Source: Bacteroidales bacterium
Lineage (GTDB): Bacteria > Bacteroidota > Bacteroidia > Bacteroidales > B18-G4
DNA length: 35,020 bases
Assembly (NCBI GenBank): GCA_030618905.1
Contig: JAUXCL010000003.1
Coordinates: forward strand, 1 to 35,020
Direction: 5' to 3'
The stretch's first letter is position 1. The number at the start of each line of letters is the position of its first letter. Shown here piece after piece: positions 8,864-19,518 of the stretch. The notes beneath the pieces were generated by a model that was not told where the DNA came from, made no database searches, and worked only from the letters and a program-made list of their open reading frames with translations. Made by a program: the position numbers and the translations under genes.

Positions 8864-10552
8864 ATGAATATCCTGAAGCAATACCTGACCATAATTTTTC
8901 TGTCCGGGCTAATCTCTTTTAATGCACTGGGCCAGAACAACAATAACTTCGAAATATCAAAGAACCTTGACATCTACTTGAGTTTATTCAAAGAGCTGAA
9001 TGCTAATTATGTAGATGATATTAATCCGGGTGACCTGATGGAGTCCGGTATAGAAGCCATGCTGGAATCACTTGATCCTTATACTGTTTACATCCCCGAG
9101 TCAAGGGTTGAAGATTATAAGCTGATTACCACTGGTCAGTATGGAGGGATCGGGGCACTGATCCATACCCAGGATGGTTATGTGATCATATCCGAGCCAT
9201 ATGAAGGTTTCCCGGCAGAAAAAGTCGGTTTAAAAGCCGGTGACAAGGTCCTGTCAGTTAATGGGAGAGAAACCCTTGATAAGAATTCCAGTGAAGTCAG
9301 TGAAATTCTAAAAGGACAACCTGGAACCACTGTTAACCTCAAGATTGAACGGATCAAAGAAGAAAACCCCCTGGAATTTGAGATTATTCGTGAGAAGATT
9401 AAAATTGACAACATTCCTTATTATGGCATGCTCAATGACCATGTGGGGTATATCAAATTAACAGGGTTTACCCAGAATGCCGGTAATGAGGTTAAAAAAG
9501 TATTGCTTGAGCTGAAAAAGGATGAAAATCTCAATGGGATCATCCTCGATTTACGGGGTAATGGAGGTGGCTTGCTGACAGAGGCTGTGAATGTTACCAA
9601 TATATTTGTGGATAAAGGGAAGTTGGTTGTCAGCACCAAAGGGCGGCTAAAAGCAAGAAACAAGGATCATTATACGCGGTATGCATCAATCGATAAAAAT
9701 ATCCCACTGGTCGTTCTGGTTAACAGAGGATCTGCTTCAGCATCAGAAATTGTTGCCGGTGCAATACAGGATCTGGACCGTGGTGTTGTTGTGGGTCAGA
9801 AGACTTTCGGAAAAGGCCTGGTTCAAAATGTGATACCACTCAGTTATAATGCACAGATTAAAATTACGGTGGCCAAATATTATATCCCTTCCGGAAGATG
9901 TATTCAAGCCATTGATTATTCGCATAAAAACGGTAACGGTAAATACGACAAGATACCAGACTCTCTTATTAGTGAATTTCAGACCCATAATGGAAGAAAA
10001 GTTTATGATGGAGGTGGCATTGACCCCGATGTAAAGATCGAGGCACAGAAGTTCAGCAATATTTCCACCATTCTATTTACAAATTACCTGATCTTTGACT
10101 ATGCCACTGTGTTTGCCGCAGAACATAGCGAGATCCCTCCTCCCGAACAATTCCAGATCTCTCCGAAAATCTACAATGAATTTGTTGCTTACATTGCTGA
10201 CAAAGATTATGAGTACACCACGCAATGCGAAGAAAAGCTCAATGCTCTTAAAAAAGCTGCCAGGCGGGAACATTATTTTACAGCTATTGAAAATGAATAC
10301 AATACATTAATGAGTGCATTAATGTGTAATAAAGAAGAGGACCTGAACACATTCCAGGATGAAATTAAAGAGTTGCTCAAAATAGATATCATATCACGAT
10401 ACTATTATCAGGAAGGCAAGATCATATCTACCCTCTATGATGACCCGGAGATTGAAAGGGCTATCGAAGTACTGGATAATAATTCTATGTATGATGCTAT
10501 TCTGGTAGGGACTTATGAAGAAAAATCTGAGGAGGATCCTAAAGAAGGTTGA
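8864..10552 (+). CDS. S41 family C-terminal processing protease (PDZ + CtpA/Prc catalytic domain)
   Basis: Signal peptide, LDPYT, YGGIG, DLRGNGGGLL, SASASEIVAGAIQDLDR, TFGKGLVQ, AKYYIPSGRCIQ, GGGIDPD. Confidence 0.93.
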   Translation: MNILKQYLTIIFLSGLISFNALGQNNNNFEISKNLDIYLSLFKELNANYVDDINPGDLMESGIEAMLESLDPYTVYIPESRVEDYKLITTGQYGGIGALIHTQDGYVIISEPYEGFPAEKVGLKAGDKVLSVNGRETLDKNSSEVSEILKGQPGTTVNLKIERIKEENPLEFEIIREKIKIDNIPYYGMLNDHVGYIKLTGFTQNAGNEVKKVLLELKKDENLNGIILDLRGNGGGLLTEAVNVTNIFVDKGKLVVSTKGRLKARNKDHYTRYASIDKNIPLVVLVNRGSASASEIVAGAIQDLDRGVVVGQKTFGKGLVQNVIPLSYNAQIKITVAKYYIPSGRCIQAIDYSHKNGNGKYDKIPDSLISEFQTHNGRKVYDGGGIDPDVKIEAQKFSNISTILFTNYLIFDYATVFAAEHSEIPPPEQFQISPKIYNEFVAYIADKDYEYTTQCEEKLNALKKAARREHYFTAIENEYNTLMSALMCNKEEDLNTFQDEIKELLKIDIISRYYYQEGKIISTLYDDPEIERAIEVLDNNSMYDAILVGTYEEKSEEDPKEG

Positions 10553-10574
10553 TTCCCAAAAAAAATTCGTTACT

Positions 10575-11444
10575 ATGAAAAAATTTACCTTGTTAATACT
10601 TCCTCTTGTCATATTGTTAATGGCATTCACATCCGACAAAGAGGCTTATCAAATCTATTCTGCCAAAGGCCAAAAAGTTAAATACAAGGCCTTAATAAAG
10701 GCTGCACTTGAAGCAGATATTATTTTATTTGGAGAATTGCATAATGATCCTATTTGTCACTGGCTCCAATATGAACTGACAAAAGATCTCTTCGAAATAC
10801 ATTTGGATAAACTTGTATTGGGAGCTGAGATGTTCGAAACAGATAATCAATTGCTCCTTGATGAATATATTTCAGGAAAGATCAGTGAAAAGAGTTTTAA
10901 GAATGAAGCCAGGTTATGGCCAAATTATGATACGGACTATGAAGTCCTTGTAAAATTTGCCAGAGAGAATCAGCTGGAATTTATTGCTACTAACGTCCCG
11001 CGAAGGTACGCCTCTGTTGTACACAAGCAAGGATTTGAGGGTCTCGACAGCCTGAGTATTGCAGCAAAAAGGCTATTGCCTCCATTGCCGGTTACATACG
11101 ACCCTGAATTGAAATGTTATAAGGACATGCTTGAAATGATGGAAGGTATGGGCGGCCATGCCAATGATAACTTTCCAAAAGCACAGGCCATCAAAGATGC
11201 AACAATGGCCTACAATATTCTCAAGAACTGGTATCCACAAAAGGTATTTCTTCATTATCACGGAACATACCACTCCAATAACCGGGAAGGCATCACATGG
11301 TATCTGATGCAGGAGAAACCCACTTTAAATATCCTCACCATTGCTACCGTTGAACAAGCTGAAATCGATGAATTGGATGAAGAGCATCTCGGGTTGGCAA
11401 CTTATATTATTTGTGTACCGGAAGATATGACCAAGACCCATTAA
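10575..11444 (+). CDS. ChaN-family (Tiki/EreA-like fold, haem/iron-uptake associated) exported protein
   Basis: DIILFGELHN, GAEMFE, WPNYDTDY, ATNVPRR, AQAIKDATMA, HYHGTYHS. Start chosen at ATG 10575 (MKKFTLLIL signal peptide) to avoid overlapping the S41 gene. Confidence 0.8.
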   Translation: MKKFTLLILPLVILLMAFTSDKEAYQIYSAKGQKVKYKALIKAALEADIILFGELHNDPICHWLQYELTKDLFEIHLDKLVLGAEMFETDNQLLLDEYISGKISEKSFKNEARLWPNYDTDYEVLVKFARENQLEFIATNVPRRYASVVHKQGFEGLDSLSIAAKRLLPPLPVTYDPELKCYKDMLEMMEGMGGHANDNFPKAQAIKDATMAYNILKNWYPQKVFLHYHGTYHSNNREGITWYLMQEKPTLNILTIATVEQAEIDELDEEHLGLATYIICVPEDMTKTH

Positions 11445-11447
11445 AAG

Positions 11448-12215
11448 ATGATCTCCAGGAGCCAGGTCAAGTATATCAATTCTTTGAAAATAGGGAAATT
11501 CAGAAACATCAGCCGCACATTTATTGCTGAGGGTCCCAAGCTTTTTGATGAGATCCTCAATAGTGACCTGGAGATTAAAAGCATTTTCGCCCTTGGCAGT
11601 TGGCTTCAGGATAATGAAAAAGTTCTTGGCCAACTGGAATCTTATGAAGTCAATGAGCAGGAACTCAAGAAGATCAGCACACTCAGCACGCCCAACCAGG
11701 TATTGTTTATCGTTAAAATACCTGAATTTGATTTTGATCAGGATGACCTGAATAATAATCTTGTACTGGCCTTACATGACATCAGGGATCCGGGTAACCT
11801 GGGTACCATTATCAGGACGGCCGACTGGTTTGGCATTAATCAGGTCATCTGTTCAAAAGAATGCGTTGACATCTATCACCCAAAGGTGATACAGGCCACC
11901 ATGGGTTCTATTGCAAGAATAAAAATACAACGTATTAATCTGACTGACCTGCTCGGGCAATATGCTCAGGGAGTTAGCGTTTATGGTGCCTCTGCTGAAG
12001 GTAAAAATATTTACCAGGAGCGTTTGCCAGCCAATGGGATCATTATCATTGGCAATGAATCACATGGCATTGCGGCACATTTAAACAAATACATCAATAA
12101 GCATCTCTCTATACCTTCCGGTGGATCAGTAACTGAGTCGCTTAACGCCGGTATTGCAACGGCGATTATTGTTTCAGAATTCAGAAGGCAAAATGCCCGG
12201 GTAAAACAAAAATGA
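11448..12215 (+). CDS. TrmH/SpoU-family RNA methyltransferase
   Basis: FIAEG.K, IRDPGNLGTIIRTADWFG, IGNESHGI, ESLNAGIA (SPOUT motifs). Confidence 0.92.
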   Translation: MISRSQVKYINSLKIGKFRNISRTFIAEGPKLFDEILNSDLEIKSIFALGSWLQDNEKVLGQLESYEVNEQELKKISTLSTPNQVLFIVKIPEFDFDQDDLNNNLVLALHDIRDPGNLGTIIRTADWFGINQVICSKECVDIYHPKVIQATMGSIARIKIQRINLTDLLGQYAQGVSVYGASAEGKNIYQERLPANGIIIIGNESHGIAAHLNKYINKHLSIPSGGSVTESLNAGIATAIIVSEFRRQNARVKQK

Positions 12216-12217
12216 AG

Positions 12218-12225
12218 TATTTTTG
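12218..12225 (+). promoter_or_regulatory. -7 promoter box directly before the small Cys-rich ORF
   Basis: TATTTTTG followed by 6 nt and then ATG (12232); implies a very short or absent leader. Confidence 0.45.
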
Positions 12226-12231
12226 CACAAT

Positions 12232-12429
12232 ATGTGGAAGTTAATGATATTATCCGTTATAATCATATCGATTGCCATTGCGGCTATCGCCATTAAAATG
12301 TTTGTCAAAAAAGGCGGTGAATTTAAAAAATCCTGCTCCAGTATTGATCCTGTTACAGGGCAGCCTTTTGGATGTACCTGTGGAAATGCTGAGAAGGGTA
12401 CCTCCTGTGATAATGAAGTTTCGGCTTAA
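12232..12429 (+). CDS. Small single-TM, 4-Cys protein; candidate NqrM-like Na+-NQR maturation factor
   Basis: 65 aa: N-terminal TM helix, then KKSC35...C48-T-C50...C59. Converges on apbE at the end of the nqr operon. Confidence 0.6.
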   Translation: MWKLMILSVIIISIAIAAIAIKMFVKKGGEFKKSCSSIDPVTGQPFGCTCGNAEKGTSCDNEVSA

Positions 12430-13454
12430 TTCAATTCTTTCAAAGATTTCTTCAGGCCTTCTGTCATCAAAGTTTTATATGTTCCATCTTCACCGGAATA
12501 AATAAAATATATTTCCAGTTCTACCTTTTTCTCTTTGATAAACAGTAATGCATCTTCCAAACCCATTACCATGATTGCCGTGGCATAGGCATCAGCATAA
12601 GCGCATTTATCAGCAATAACCGTAACACTGAGTAAGGCATGTTTAACAGGAAAGCCCGTTTTGGGATTGATGGTGTGGGAATAGCGTACTCCATCTTTCT
12701 CATAGAACTTTCTGTAATTGCCGGAAGTAGCCACTGCCAGGTCGGTAAGGGGCAACTCAGCTTTTAATTCCCGTGTTGAGAATTGTTCATCAGATGGCTT
12801 TTCTATGCCAATTTTCCATCTTTTTCTACGGGGCTTTTTTCCCCTGGCATAAACTTCACCCCCGATATCAACAAGGTAATTCCTGATCCCTTTTGATTCC
12901 AGAAAGTTGGACACCAGGTCGACCGAATAGCCCTGGGCCACTGCATTAAAGTCAAATTTTATTCTCGGGTCAGATTTGACCACTTTCCTTCTATTAATTC
13001 CCACCTGTCGGTAATTGACCAGGGGCAGAAGGCTATCTACAGTTCCGGAACTGATACTTGGCGAATTATTTGCACCAAATCCCCATGCATTAACGAGTGG
13101 GCCAACAGTCATGTCAAAGTAGCCATTGGTATTTTCAGATACCTCCAAGGATATCCGGAAAAGGTCGATGAATACATCGTTGACAGTCACATCCTCATTA
13201 TTGTTAACCCTGTTGATCATGGAATTTTCCACCCATAAAGAAGCCGTTTGATCAAATTGGTCTAACAATGAATCTATTGATTCCTGAAAATTTTGTCCAC
13301 CAGAAGTATAATAGGTAATGGCATAATAGGTCCCCTGGGTTTCACCGGAAAACTGGATTTTCTCCATTGAGCTCTTTGGGGCACAGCCTTGGATTACAAT
13401 GAAAAATAATAAAAGAAATTCCGGTTTTTTGAATCGTTGCACAGTGAAATACAA
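12426..13454 (-). CDS. apbE: FAD:protein FMN transferase
   Basis: Lipoprotein-like N-terminus (IQGC), GETQGT.Y, FDMTVGPLVNAWGFG, DFNAVAQGY.VD, DIGGE, ATSGNYR, YSHTINP, ADAYATA; follows nqrF. Confidence 0.95.
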   Translation of the reverse strand: MYFTVQRFKKPEFLLLFFIVIQGCAPKSSMEKIQFSGETQGTYYAITYYTSGGQNFQESIDSLLDQFDQTASLWVENSMINRVNNNEDVTVNDVFIDLFRISLEVSENTNGYFDMTVGPLVNAWGFGANNSPSISSGTVDSLLPLVNYRQVGINRRKVVKSDPRIKFDFNAVAQGYSVDLVSNFLESKGIRNYLVDIGGEVYARGKKPRRKRWKIGIEKPSDEQFSTRELKAELPLTDLAVATSGNYRKFYEKDGVRYSHTINPKTGFPVKHALLSVTVIADKCAYADAYATAIMVMGLEDALLFIKEKKVELEIYFIYSGEDGTYKTLMTEGLKKSLKELN

Positions 13455-13483
13455 TTTAATTTGAGCCAGGTCAAGAATATCAT

Positions 13484-14728
13484 TTATCCTCCGAAATCAT
13501 CGAAGGCAATCATTTCATCCGGCACGCCATAATCATCAAGCATTTTTAAAACAGCATCATTCATCATTGGCGGGCCACAGATATAATATTCAATTTCTTC
13601 CGGTTCAGGATGTTGCTTGAGGTAATTGTCCATGACCACCTGGTGAATGAATCCCACGGGCCCGTTCCAGTTATCTTCCGGAACCGGTTCCGACAAAGCG
13701 ACATTGAAGGTAAAGCTTGGATTATCTTTGGCGATTTCCTCAAACTCATCAATATAAAATAATTCCCTTAATGATCGTCCCCCGTACCAGAAGGTAGCCT
13801 TACGGGTTGAACGCCTGGTCTTGTACTGATCAAAGATATGGGAACGCATAGGGGCCATGCCGGCTCCACCACCGATAAACATCATTTCCCTTTCGGTATC
13901 TTTGATAAAAAATTCACCATATGGGCCGGAGATGGTCACCTTATCACCTGGCTTTCTGGAAAAGACATAAGAGGAGCAGATACCCGGGTTCACTTTCATG
14001 AATCCACCGGTTTTACGGTCAAATGGAGGTGTTGCTATACGGATATTCAGCATGATGATATTACCTTCCGCAGGTTGGTTGGCCATGGAATAGGCACGGA
14101 ATATGGGTTCGGGGTTTTTCATCTTCAGGTCCCACATCTTGTATTTATCCCATTCATCACGGTATTCTTCTTCCACTTCAACATCTTTGTATTCTACTTC
14201 ACATTTAGGAACATCGATCTGAATATATCCACCGGACTGAAATTTAAGGCTTTCTCCTTCGGGTAGTTTAACCACAAATTCTTTGATAAAAGTGGCCACA
14301 TTACGGTTTGACACCACTTCGCACTCCCATTTCTTGATCCCAAATATCTCTGGTGGAATGGCTATTTTCATATCCTCCCTGACTTTCACCTGGCAGCCTA
14401 ACCTCCAATCGCTATGCTGTTCTTTCCTGGTAAAGTATCCAACTTCGGTAGGCAGTATGCTACCGCCACCTTCCAGCACCTGGCATTTACACATGGCACA
14501 TGTTCCACCACCCCCACAGGCTGATGGAAGGTAGATTTCGTTAGCAGACAAGGTTGTAAGTAAGGTTGATCCCGGGTTAACGACCAATTCCTTTTCATCA
14601 TTGATCATGATCTTCACTTCCCCCTGCGGTGTAAGCTTTTTCCGTGCATACAGCAGCATAGTTACCAGGAACATTAAAACGACAAGAAATACAACGATGC
14701 TAGATAATATGACGATTCCTATACCCAT
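13484..14728 (-). CDS. nqrF: Na+-translocating NADH:quinone oxidoreductase subunit F
   Basis: [14 protein letters not shown] and RLGCQ (2Fe-2S), [27 protein letters not shown]-terminal DDFGG. Confidence 0.97.
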   Translation of the reverse strand: MGIGIVILSSIVVFLVVLMFLVTMLLYARKKLTPQGEVKIMINDEKELVVNPGSTLLTTLSANEIYLPSACGGGGTCAMCKCQVLEGGGSILPTEVGYFTRKEQHSDWRLGCQVKVREDMKIAIPPEIFGIKKWECEVVSNRNVATFIKEFVVKLPEGESLKFQSGGYIQIDVPKCEVEYKDVEVEEEYRDEWDKYKMWDLKMKNPEPIFRAYSMANQPAEGNIIMLNIRIATPPFDRKTGGFMKVNPGICSSYVFSRKPGDKVTISGPYGEFFIKDTEREMMFIGGGAGMAPMRSHIFDQYKTRRSTRKATFWYGGRSLRELFYIDEFEEIAKDNPSFTFNVALSEPVPEDNWNGPVGFIHQVVMDNYLKQHPEPEEIEYYICGPPMMNDAVLKMLDDYGVPDEMIAFDDFGG

Positions 14729-14761
14729 TTTAAAGTAATATTTTGTTTGTTTTTACAGCGC

Positions 14762-15379
14762 TTAAATTTTAATCCCCATAAACATCATGAATGCTATTCC
14801 CATCAATCCGGTGATAATGAATGTGATCCCCAGGCCTCTTAAAGGAGCGGGCACATTGGAATAGCGGATTTTCTCCCTGATCGCGGCGATGCCTATGATA
14901 GCCAGGAACCAGCCCACACCGGATCCAAGTCCGAAGGATGTGGCTTCAGCCAGTGACTGGTATTCCCTTTCCTGAATGAAAAGCGAGCCTCCCAGGATAG
15001 CACAGTTCACAGCAATCAGCGGAAGAAAGATTCCCAATGAATTATACAAAGCGGGGGAAAACTTTTCTATGACCATTTCAACCAATTGGACCATTGATGC
15101 GATCACGGCAATGAATACGATAAATGACAGGAAGCTGAGGTTCATGTCAATGAAGGAGGATCCCAGCCAGGACAATGCACCAGGTCCAAGCAAGTATTCA
15201 TTGATCAGGTAATTCACCGGAACAGTAATACCCAAAACAAATATCACGGCAATCCCCAATCCCACAGAAGTCTTTACTGTTTTCGAAACGGCAAGGTAAG
15301 AGCACATGCCCAGAAAATAGGCAAAGACCATATTGTCGATAAAGATGGATCTGACGAATATACTGGTAATTTCTTGCAT
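14762..15379 (-). CDS. nqrE: Na+-NQR subunit E
   Basis: [43 protein letters not shown]. Confidence 0.96.
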   Translation of the reverse strand: MQEITSIFVRSIFIDNMVFAYFLGMCSYLAVSKTVKTSVGLGIAVIFVLGITVPVNYLINEYLLGPGALSWLGSSFIDMNLSFLSFIVFIAVIASMVQLVEMVIEKFSPALYNSLGIFLPLIAVNCAILGGSLFIQEREYQSLAEATSFGLGSGVGWFLAIIGIAAIREKIRYSNVPAPLRGLGITFIITGLMGIAFMMFMGIKI

Positions 15380-15405
15380 TATATGATGACTTAAACGGTT
15401 TTACA

Positions 15406-16065
15406 TTAATTCTCTTCGATAAGGTCACGCACCTTTGAGCGCTGCACCCAGATAATGACTCCCACGGTGATCAAAGCCATTGGAGGAAGGATCATCATGC
15501 CATTGTTGACATAGCCTACCTCAAACAGTCCAATTTTTTCCAAAACCGGATATCCCCAAATGGTACCCGCACCTAAAAGTTCCCTGAAAAAGCTGACCAC
15601 AATCAGGATCCAGCCATATCCCAGGGCATTTCCGATACCGTCAAGAAATGAAGGCCAGGGTTTTTGGGCCATGGCAAAAGCTTCGAACCTACCCATGATG
15701 ATACAATTGGTAATGATCAACCCCACAAAAACCGAAAGTTGTTTGCTTACATCATAAGCAAATGCTTTCAGGACCTGATCCACCAGGATCACCAGCGTAG
15801 CAATAACGGTAAGCTGGACAATGATCCTGATCCTTGGGGGGATGGTCTTACGCAACAATGAAATTAAAACGTTTCCAACGGCAAGCACAAAAATGACAGA
15901 CAATGTCATCACAAACGCCGGTTCCAATTTGGCTGTGACTGCCAATGCAGAACAGATTCCCAATACCTGGATAGTAATTGGGTTATCCCGTCCCAAAGGA
16001 GCTGAAAGCAGTCTCTGGTTCTTTAGAGAAAATAAAGGTTCTCTTTCTTTGATTTCCGAACTCAT
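15406..16065 (-). CDS. nqrD: Na+-NQR subunit D
   Basis: [44 protein letters not shown]. Confidence 0.96.
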   Translation of the reverse strand: MSSEIKEREPLFSLKNQRLLSAPLGRDNPITIQVLGICSALAVTAKLEPAFVMTLSVIFVLAVGNVLISLLRKTIPPRIRIIVQLTVIATLVILVDQVLKAFAYDVSKQLSVFVGLIITNCIIMGRFEAFAMAQKPWPSFLDGIGNALGYGWILIVVSFFRELLGAGTIWGYPVLEKIGLFEVGYVNNGMMILPPMALITVGVIIWVQRSKVRDLIEEN

Positions 16066-16068
16066 ATC

Positions 16069-16809
16069 TTAGATGTTTTTTTTGATATACGACACATAAT
16101 TTTCAAGACAATCGTCTAACATATCTGTAACACTGTTACTTGTAATTGTTCCTCCAGAGACGGCATCGACACCGTGGATCTGGCGATCATCTGGTAATGT
16201 AGAGGCTCCGCCTTTCACCACCGCAATAGAGACAAAGTTGCCATTGGCATCAAAAATGCTTTTCCCGATAAATTGAGCTGCAAATTCTTTAGTGGAAATT
16301 TCAGCACCAAGACCGGGTGTTTCTTTATCATGACCAAAGTCAGCGCCCACTACCTTGTTAAAATCCGTACCAAAAGCAATATTTCCATAAACCGGGCCCC
16401 AAAGCCCTTTCCCAAGTAATGGAACAATATATGTGATATTGCCATCAATTTCAGCAATGTAAAGCGGGATTTTGAAAGGCTTTCCCATCATTTTGTTGTA
16501 CAACTCTTTTTTGAGGTTAAGGTCAAATGCTCTTTCCTCCCCCGTCTCAAACGCAGCATTTTTATACAGGCTGATCACATTTCCTTCAGAGTCAATGATC
16601 AATTCCTCTTTAATGGCATCCTTATATAGCTCTTCTGCATCATCAGCGGTAGATTCGATATCTGCCGAAGCAAGGATGCCCTGGATCTTGGCAATGGCAA
16701 AATTTTGCTCCTGAAACGGTTGAAGCATCATAGCTGTAGTAGACAGCAGTGCCGCAACGATGATCACCATGACCGTTGAATAGATGAATATATACCGATT
16801 GCTAAACAT
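16069..16809 (-). CDS. nqrC: Na+-NQR subunit C
   Basis: N-terminal TM, GKGLWG, HDKETPGLGAEI, VDAVSGGTITS (FMN-Thr motif). Confidence 0.95.
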   Translation of the reverse strand: MFSNRYIFIYSTVMVIIVAALLSTTAMMLQPFQEQNFAIAKIQGILASADIESTADDAEELYKDAIKEELIIDSEGNVISLYKNAAFETGEERAFDLNLKKELYNKMMGKPFKIPLYIAEIDGNITYIVPLLGKGLWGPVYGNIAFGTDFNKVVGADFGHDKETPGLGAEISTKEFAAQFIGKSIFDANGNFVSIAVVKGGASTLPDDRQIHGVDAVSGGTITSNSVTDMLDDCLENYVSYIKKNI

Positions 16810-16837
16810 ATGATTATGACTTTTTTAAGATTTTCAA

Positions 16838-17989
16838 TTATGCTTTAACGACTGCTCTTTGCCATCTTTTTCTTCTCTTCCTCACATTTGCCTGGATCAC
16901 ATAATGATCGATCAGCGGGGCAAATACATTCATAAACAGGATGGCCAGCATCATTCCTTCCGGATAGGCAGGATTAAAGACCCTGACCATGACTGCAAAG
17001 AAGCCAATTAGGAATCCATAAATATATTGTCCTTTAAAGGTTTGAGTTGCAGATACCGGGTCGGTGGCCATAAATACAGCACCGAAAGCAAAGCCACCCA
17101 TGATCAGGTGATACCAGGCCGGTATTTGCATGTATTCATTCAATGCCACCAAATTAAATATCAAGCCCATCAAAAGACCTCCCACTACAACGGAAAACAT
17201 GATCCTCCAGCTAGCCACTCCGGTAAAGATAAGGATGATTGCACCGAGGAGAATAGCAAGGGTAGACGTTTCACCGATTGAGCCTGGCATATAACCCATG
17301 AACATATCCATAGGACTGGGGATCTTGTCGATTTCTCCAACCATAGCATCACCAAGTGGCGTGGCACCGGAAAAAGCATCCGGCTTGTCAACGATCCATA
17401 CCTTATCTCCTGACATATCCTTGGGATAAGCAAAAAACAGGAATGCCCTGGCAGTCAATGCCGGGTTGAGAATATTCATACCTGTGCCTCCAAATACTTC
17501 TTTCCCAAAAATAACGGCAAATGCTGTGGCCACTGCGACCATCCATAATGGCACATCCGGAGGCATGATCAGTGGGATGAGCATCCCAGATACCAGGAAG
17601 CCCTCGTTCACTTCATGTCCTCTTGCCTGGGCAAAGGCAAATTCAATACCTAAACCGACAACATAGGATACGATAACAATAGGCAGCACCTGCAAAAACC
17701 CAAACCAGAAGTTTTGCCACAAATCGGCTTCCTGTCCTATGGCCAGGAAATGTTGATATCCTACGTTCCACATCCCAAAAAGCAAGGCAGGAATTGTTGC
17801 CAATACAACAATACTCATGGTCCGTTTCATATCAACCGCATCCCGAATATGGCTTCCTGAAAAGGTCACCTTATTGGATACAAAGAGGAAACTTTCAAAA
17901 GCCTCAAAGGTTGATTGAAGTTTTGCAAACCTCCCTCCTTTTTCAAAGTTGGGCTTGATCCTGTCAATAAAATTCCTCAATCCTTTCAT
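16838..17989 (-). CDS. nqrB: Na+-NQR subunit B
   Basis: HIRDAVDMKRTM, VNEGFLV, KEVFGGTG.N..NPAL, SGATPL (FMN-Thr), GSIGETST, FMATDPVS, YPEGMMLAIL. Confidence 0.96.
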   Translation of the reverse strand: MKGLRNFIDRIKPNFEKGGRFAKLQSTFEAFESFLFVSNKVTFSGSHIRDAVDMKRTMSIVVLATIPALLFGMWNVGYQHFLAIGQEADLWQNFWFGFLQVLPIVIVSYVVGLGIEFAFAQARGHEVNEGFLVSGMLIPLIMPPDVPLWMVAVATAFAVIFGKEVFGGTGMNILNPALTARAFLFFAYPKDMSGDKVWIVDKPDAFSGATPLGDAMVGEIDKIPSPMDMFMGYMPGSIGETSTLAILLGAIILIFTGVASWRIMFSVVVGGLLMGLIFNLVALNEYMQIPAWYHLIMGGFAFGAVFMATDPVSATQTFKGQYIYGFLIGFFAVMVRVFNPAYPEGMMLAILFMNVFAPLIDHYVIQANVRKRRKRWQRAVVKA

Positions 17990-18033
17990 TATAATCGCTG
18001 ATTAATATTTTTACTATAAGCGTATCAGGCTCA

Positions 18034-19383
18034 CTACATCATTTCTTTGCGCATAAGATCCAGGCCGTCCCTGACGATAGTTTGAATCTCGGTCTTGGAA
18101 GTATCAATAAACTCACAAAGGGCAAAGTCTTCATCATCAATTTCATAAATACCCAGGTTCTCCATCTGGTCAATGTCTTCAATCATGATAGCCTTGACCA
18201 GCTGCATAGGATAGATGTCAAATGGAAATACCTGCTCAAACTTACCGGTCATCACAAAGGCACGTTCACCACCATGAAGATTGGTATCGAGATTATACTT
18301 TTTCTTCGGCCACAGCCAGGAGAAAAACTGATGAGAAAAACTAAACTTATTCAGACCGGGCAATGCCCATCCAATAAATTCATAATAATCTCCCTCAGGC
18401 ACCACTGTAACCTGGGAATCATAAAAGTCGACATAGCCCTCTTTGATGATCTTTTTCCCGGTGAGGACATTTCCACTGATAAATCTCTTTTTACCTTCAG
18501 TGATATTATCTTTGACCATCTCCACGATACATGCACCGGCCAGGCTCTTAAAATAGGATGGTTTTTTAACACCAGGCCCTGCTAATGCATATATTTTAGC
18601 AGCATCATACTTGCCGGTGATGAATAAACGGCCAATGGTCAATACCTCCTGCGGCCTTAAGTACCAAATCACCTCTCCCCTGTTCAATGGGTCAAGCTTA
18701 CTGATCTGTGTGCTCACATTTCCTGTGGGATGAGGACCACTAAAACGATTTATCTGCACGCCTTTGGCATTCAGGTAAACAGCTGAAGTGTCCTGACGAT
18801 CAGGCACATTCAGGTGAACGTTTCCTGATGTCAGTTTGCGCAATGCGTCAATACCTGCCTGGAATGCAGATGATTCTCCTTCTACGAGGAAATTATAATC
18901 CGGAGCTAAAGGATGCGTGTCAAAAGCGGAAATGATGATCGCTTTCGGATCATCCTTTGGATTGGCAATGATACTGTAAGGTCTTTGCCTGAGGACAGGC
19001 CAGACTCCGCTTTTCAGCATTTTTTCTGTCACCTGTTCCTTACTGAGATTGCCGGGGTCGCCCTGACCAAAATCGACATATTCCCTTGTCTCGCCTGCTT
19101 CAATAACAATTTCAAGCAATACTCGTTTGGCCCCCCTTCGGATCTCTTTTACCTTACCGCTAACCGGTGCGGTAAAAAGGATCTCTTCCCTGTACTTATC
19201 ATAATATAATGGTGTTCCTGCCTGTACTTCATCACCTTCCTGGATGAGGACTTTCGGAAATACACCAATAAAATTAATGGGTTTTGATGCAAATGTCCTG
19301 GGGAAGATTTCCGTAATTTCTTTTACAGCTTCGCCAACAAGTTTAATATCAAGGCCTTTCCTGACTTTTATGGTTGCAGACAT
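18034..19383 (-). CDS. nqrA: Na+-NQR subunit A
   Basis: KGLDIKLVG, FTAPVSGKV..I.RG.KR, GPHP.GNV, ISGNVLTG, HGGERAFV, EDFALCEF...SK. Confidence 0.96.
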   Translation of the reverse strand: MSATIKVRKGLDIKLVGEAVKEITEIFPRTFASKPINFIGVFPKVLIQEGDEVQAGTPLYYDKYREEILFTAPVSGKVKEIRRGAKRVLLEIVIEAGETREYVDFGQGDPGNLSKEQVTEKMLKSGVWPVLRQRPYSIIANPKDDPKAIIISAFDTHPLAPDYNFLVEGESSAFQAGIDALRKLTSGNVHLNVPDRQDTSAVYLNAKGVQINRFSGPHPTGNVSTQISKLDPLNRGEVIWYLRPQEVLTIGRLFITGKYDAAKIYALAGPGVKKPSYFKSLAGACIVEMVKDNITEGKKRFISGNVLTGKKIIKEGYVDFYDSQVTVVPEGDYYEFIGWALPGLNKFSFSHQFFSWLWPKKKYNLDTNLHGGERAFVMTGKFEQVFPFDIYPMQLVKAIMIEDIDQMENLGIYEIDDEDFALCEFIDTSKTEIQTIVRDGLDLMRKEMM

Positions 19384-19518
19384 AATAATTATATATCTAA
19401 ATAATTTAAAAACACAATTTTACAAAATTTTATCGTTAGTCAGATAAAAATAATGCTTTTTAAATCAGTTAAAAAAGCCGTGAAAATCATATTTTTGACT
19501 GATCTAATACAGGTATTT

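Noticed and set aside
13484-19383. Rnf complex instead of NQR
   Set aside because: Gene order A-B-C-D-E-F and the NqrF NADH/FAD/2Fe-2S motifs with terminal DDFGG identify Na+-NQR; no RnfB/RnfC 4Fe-4S motifs are present.
19384-19518. Regulatory RNA or defined operator in the AT-rich nqrA/DUF5103 divergent gap
   Set aside because: No convincing hairpin, palindrome or exact TAnnTTTG box could be supported by eye.
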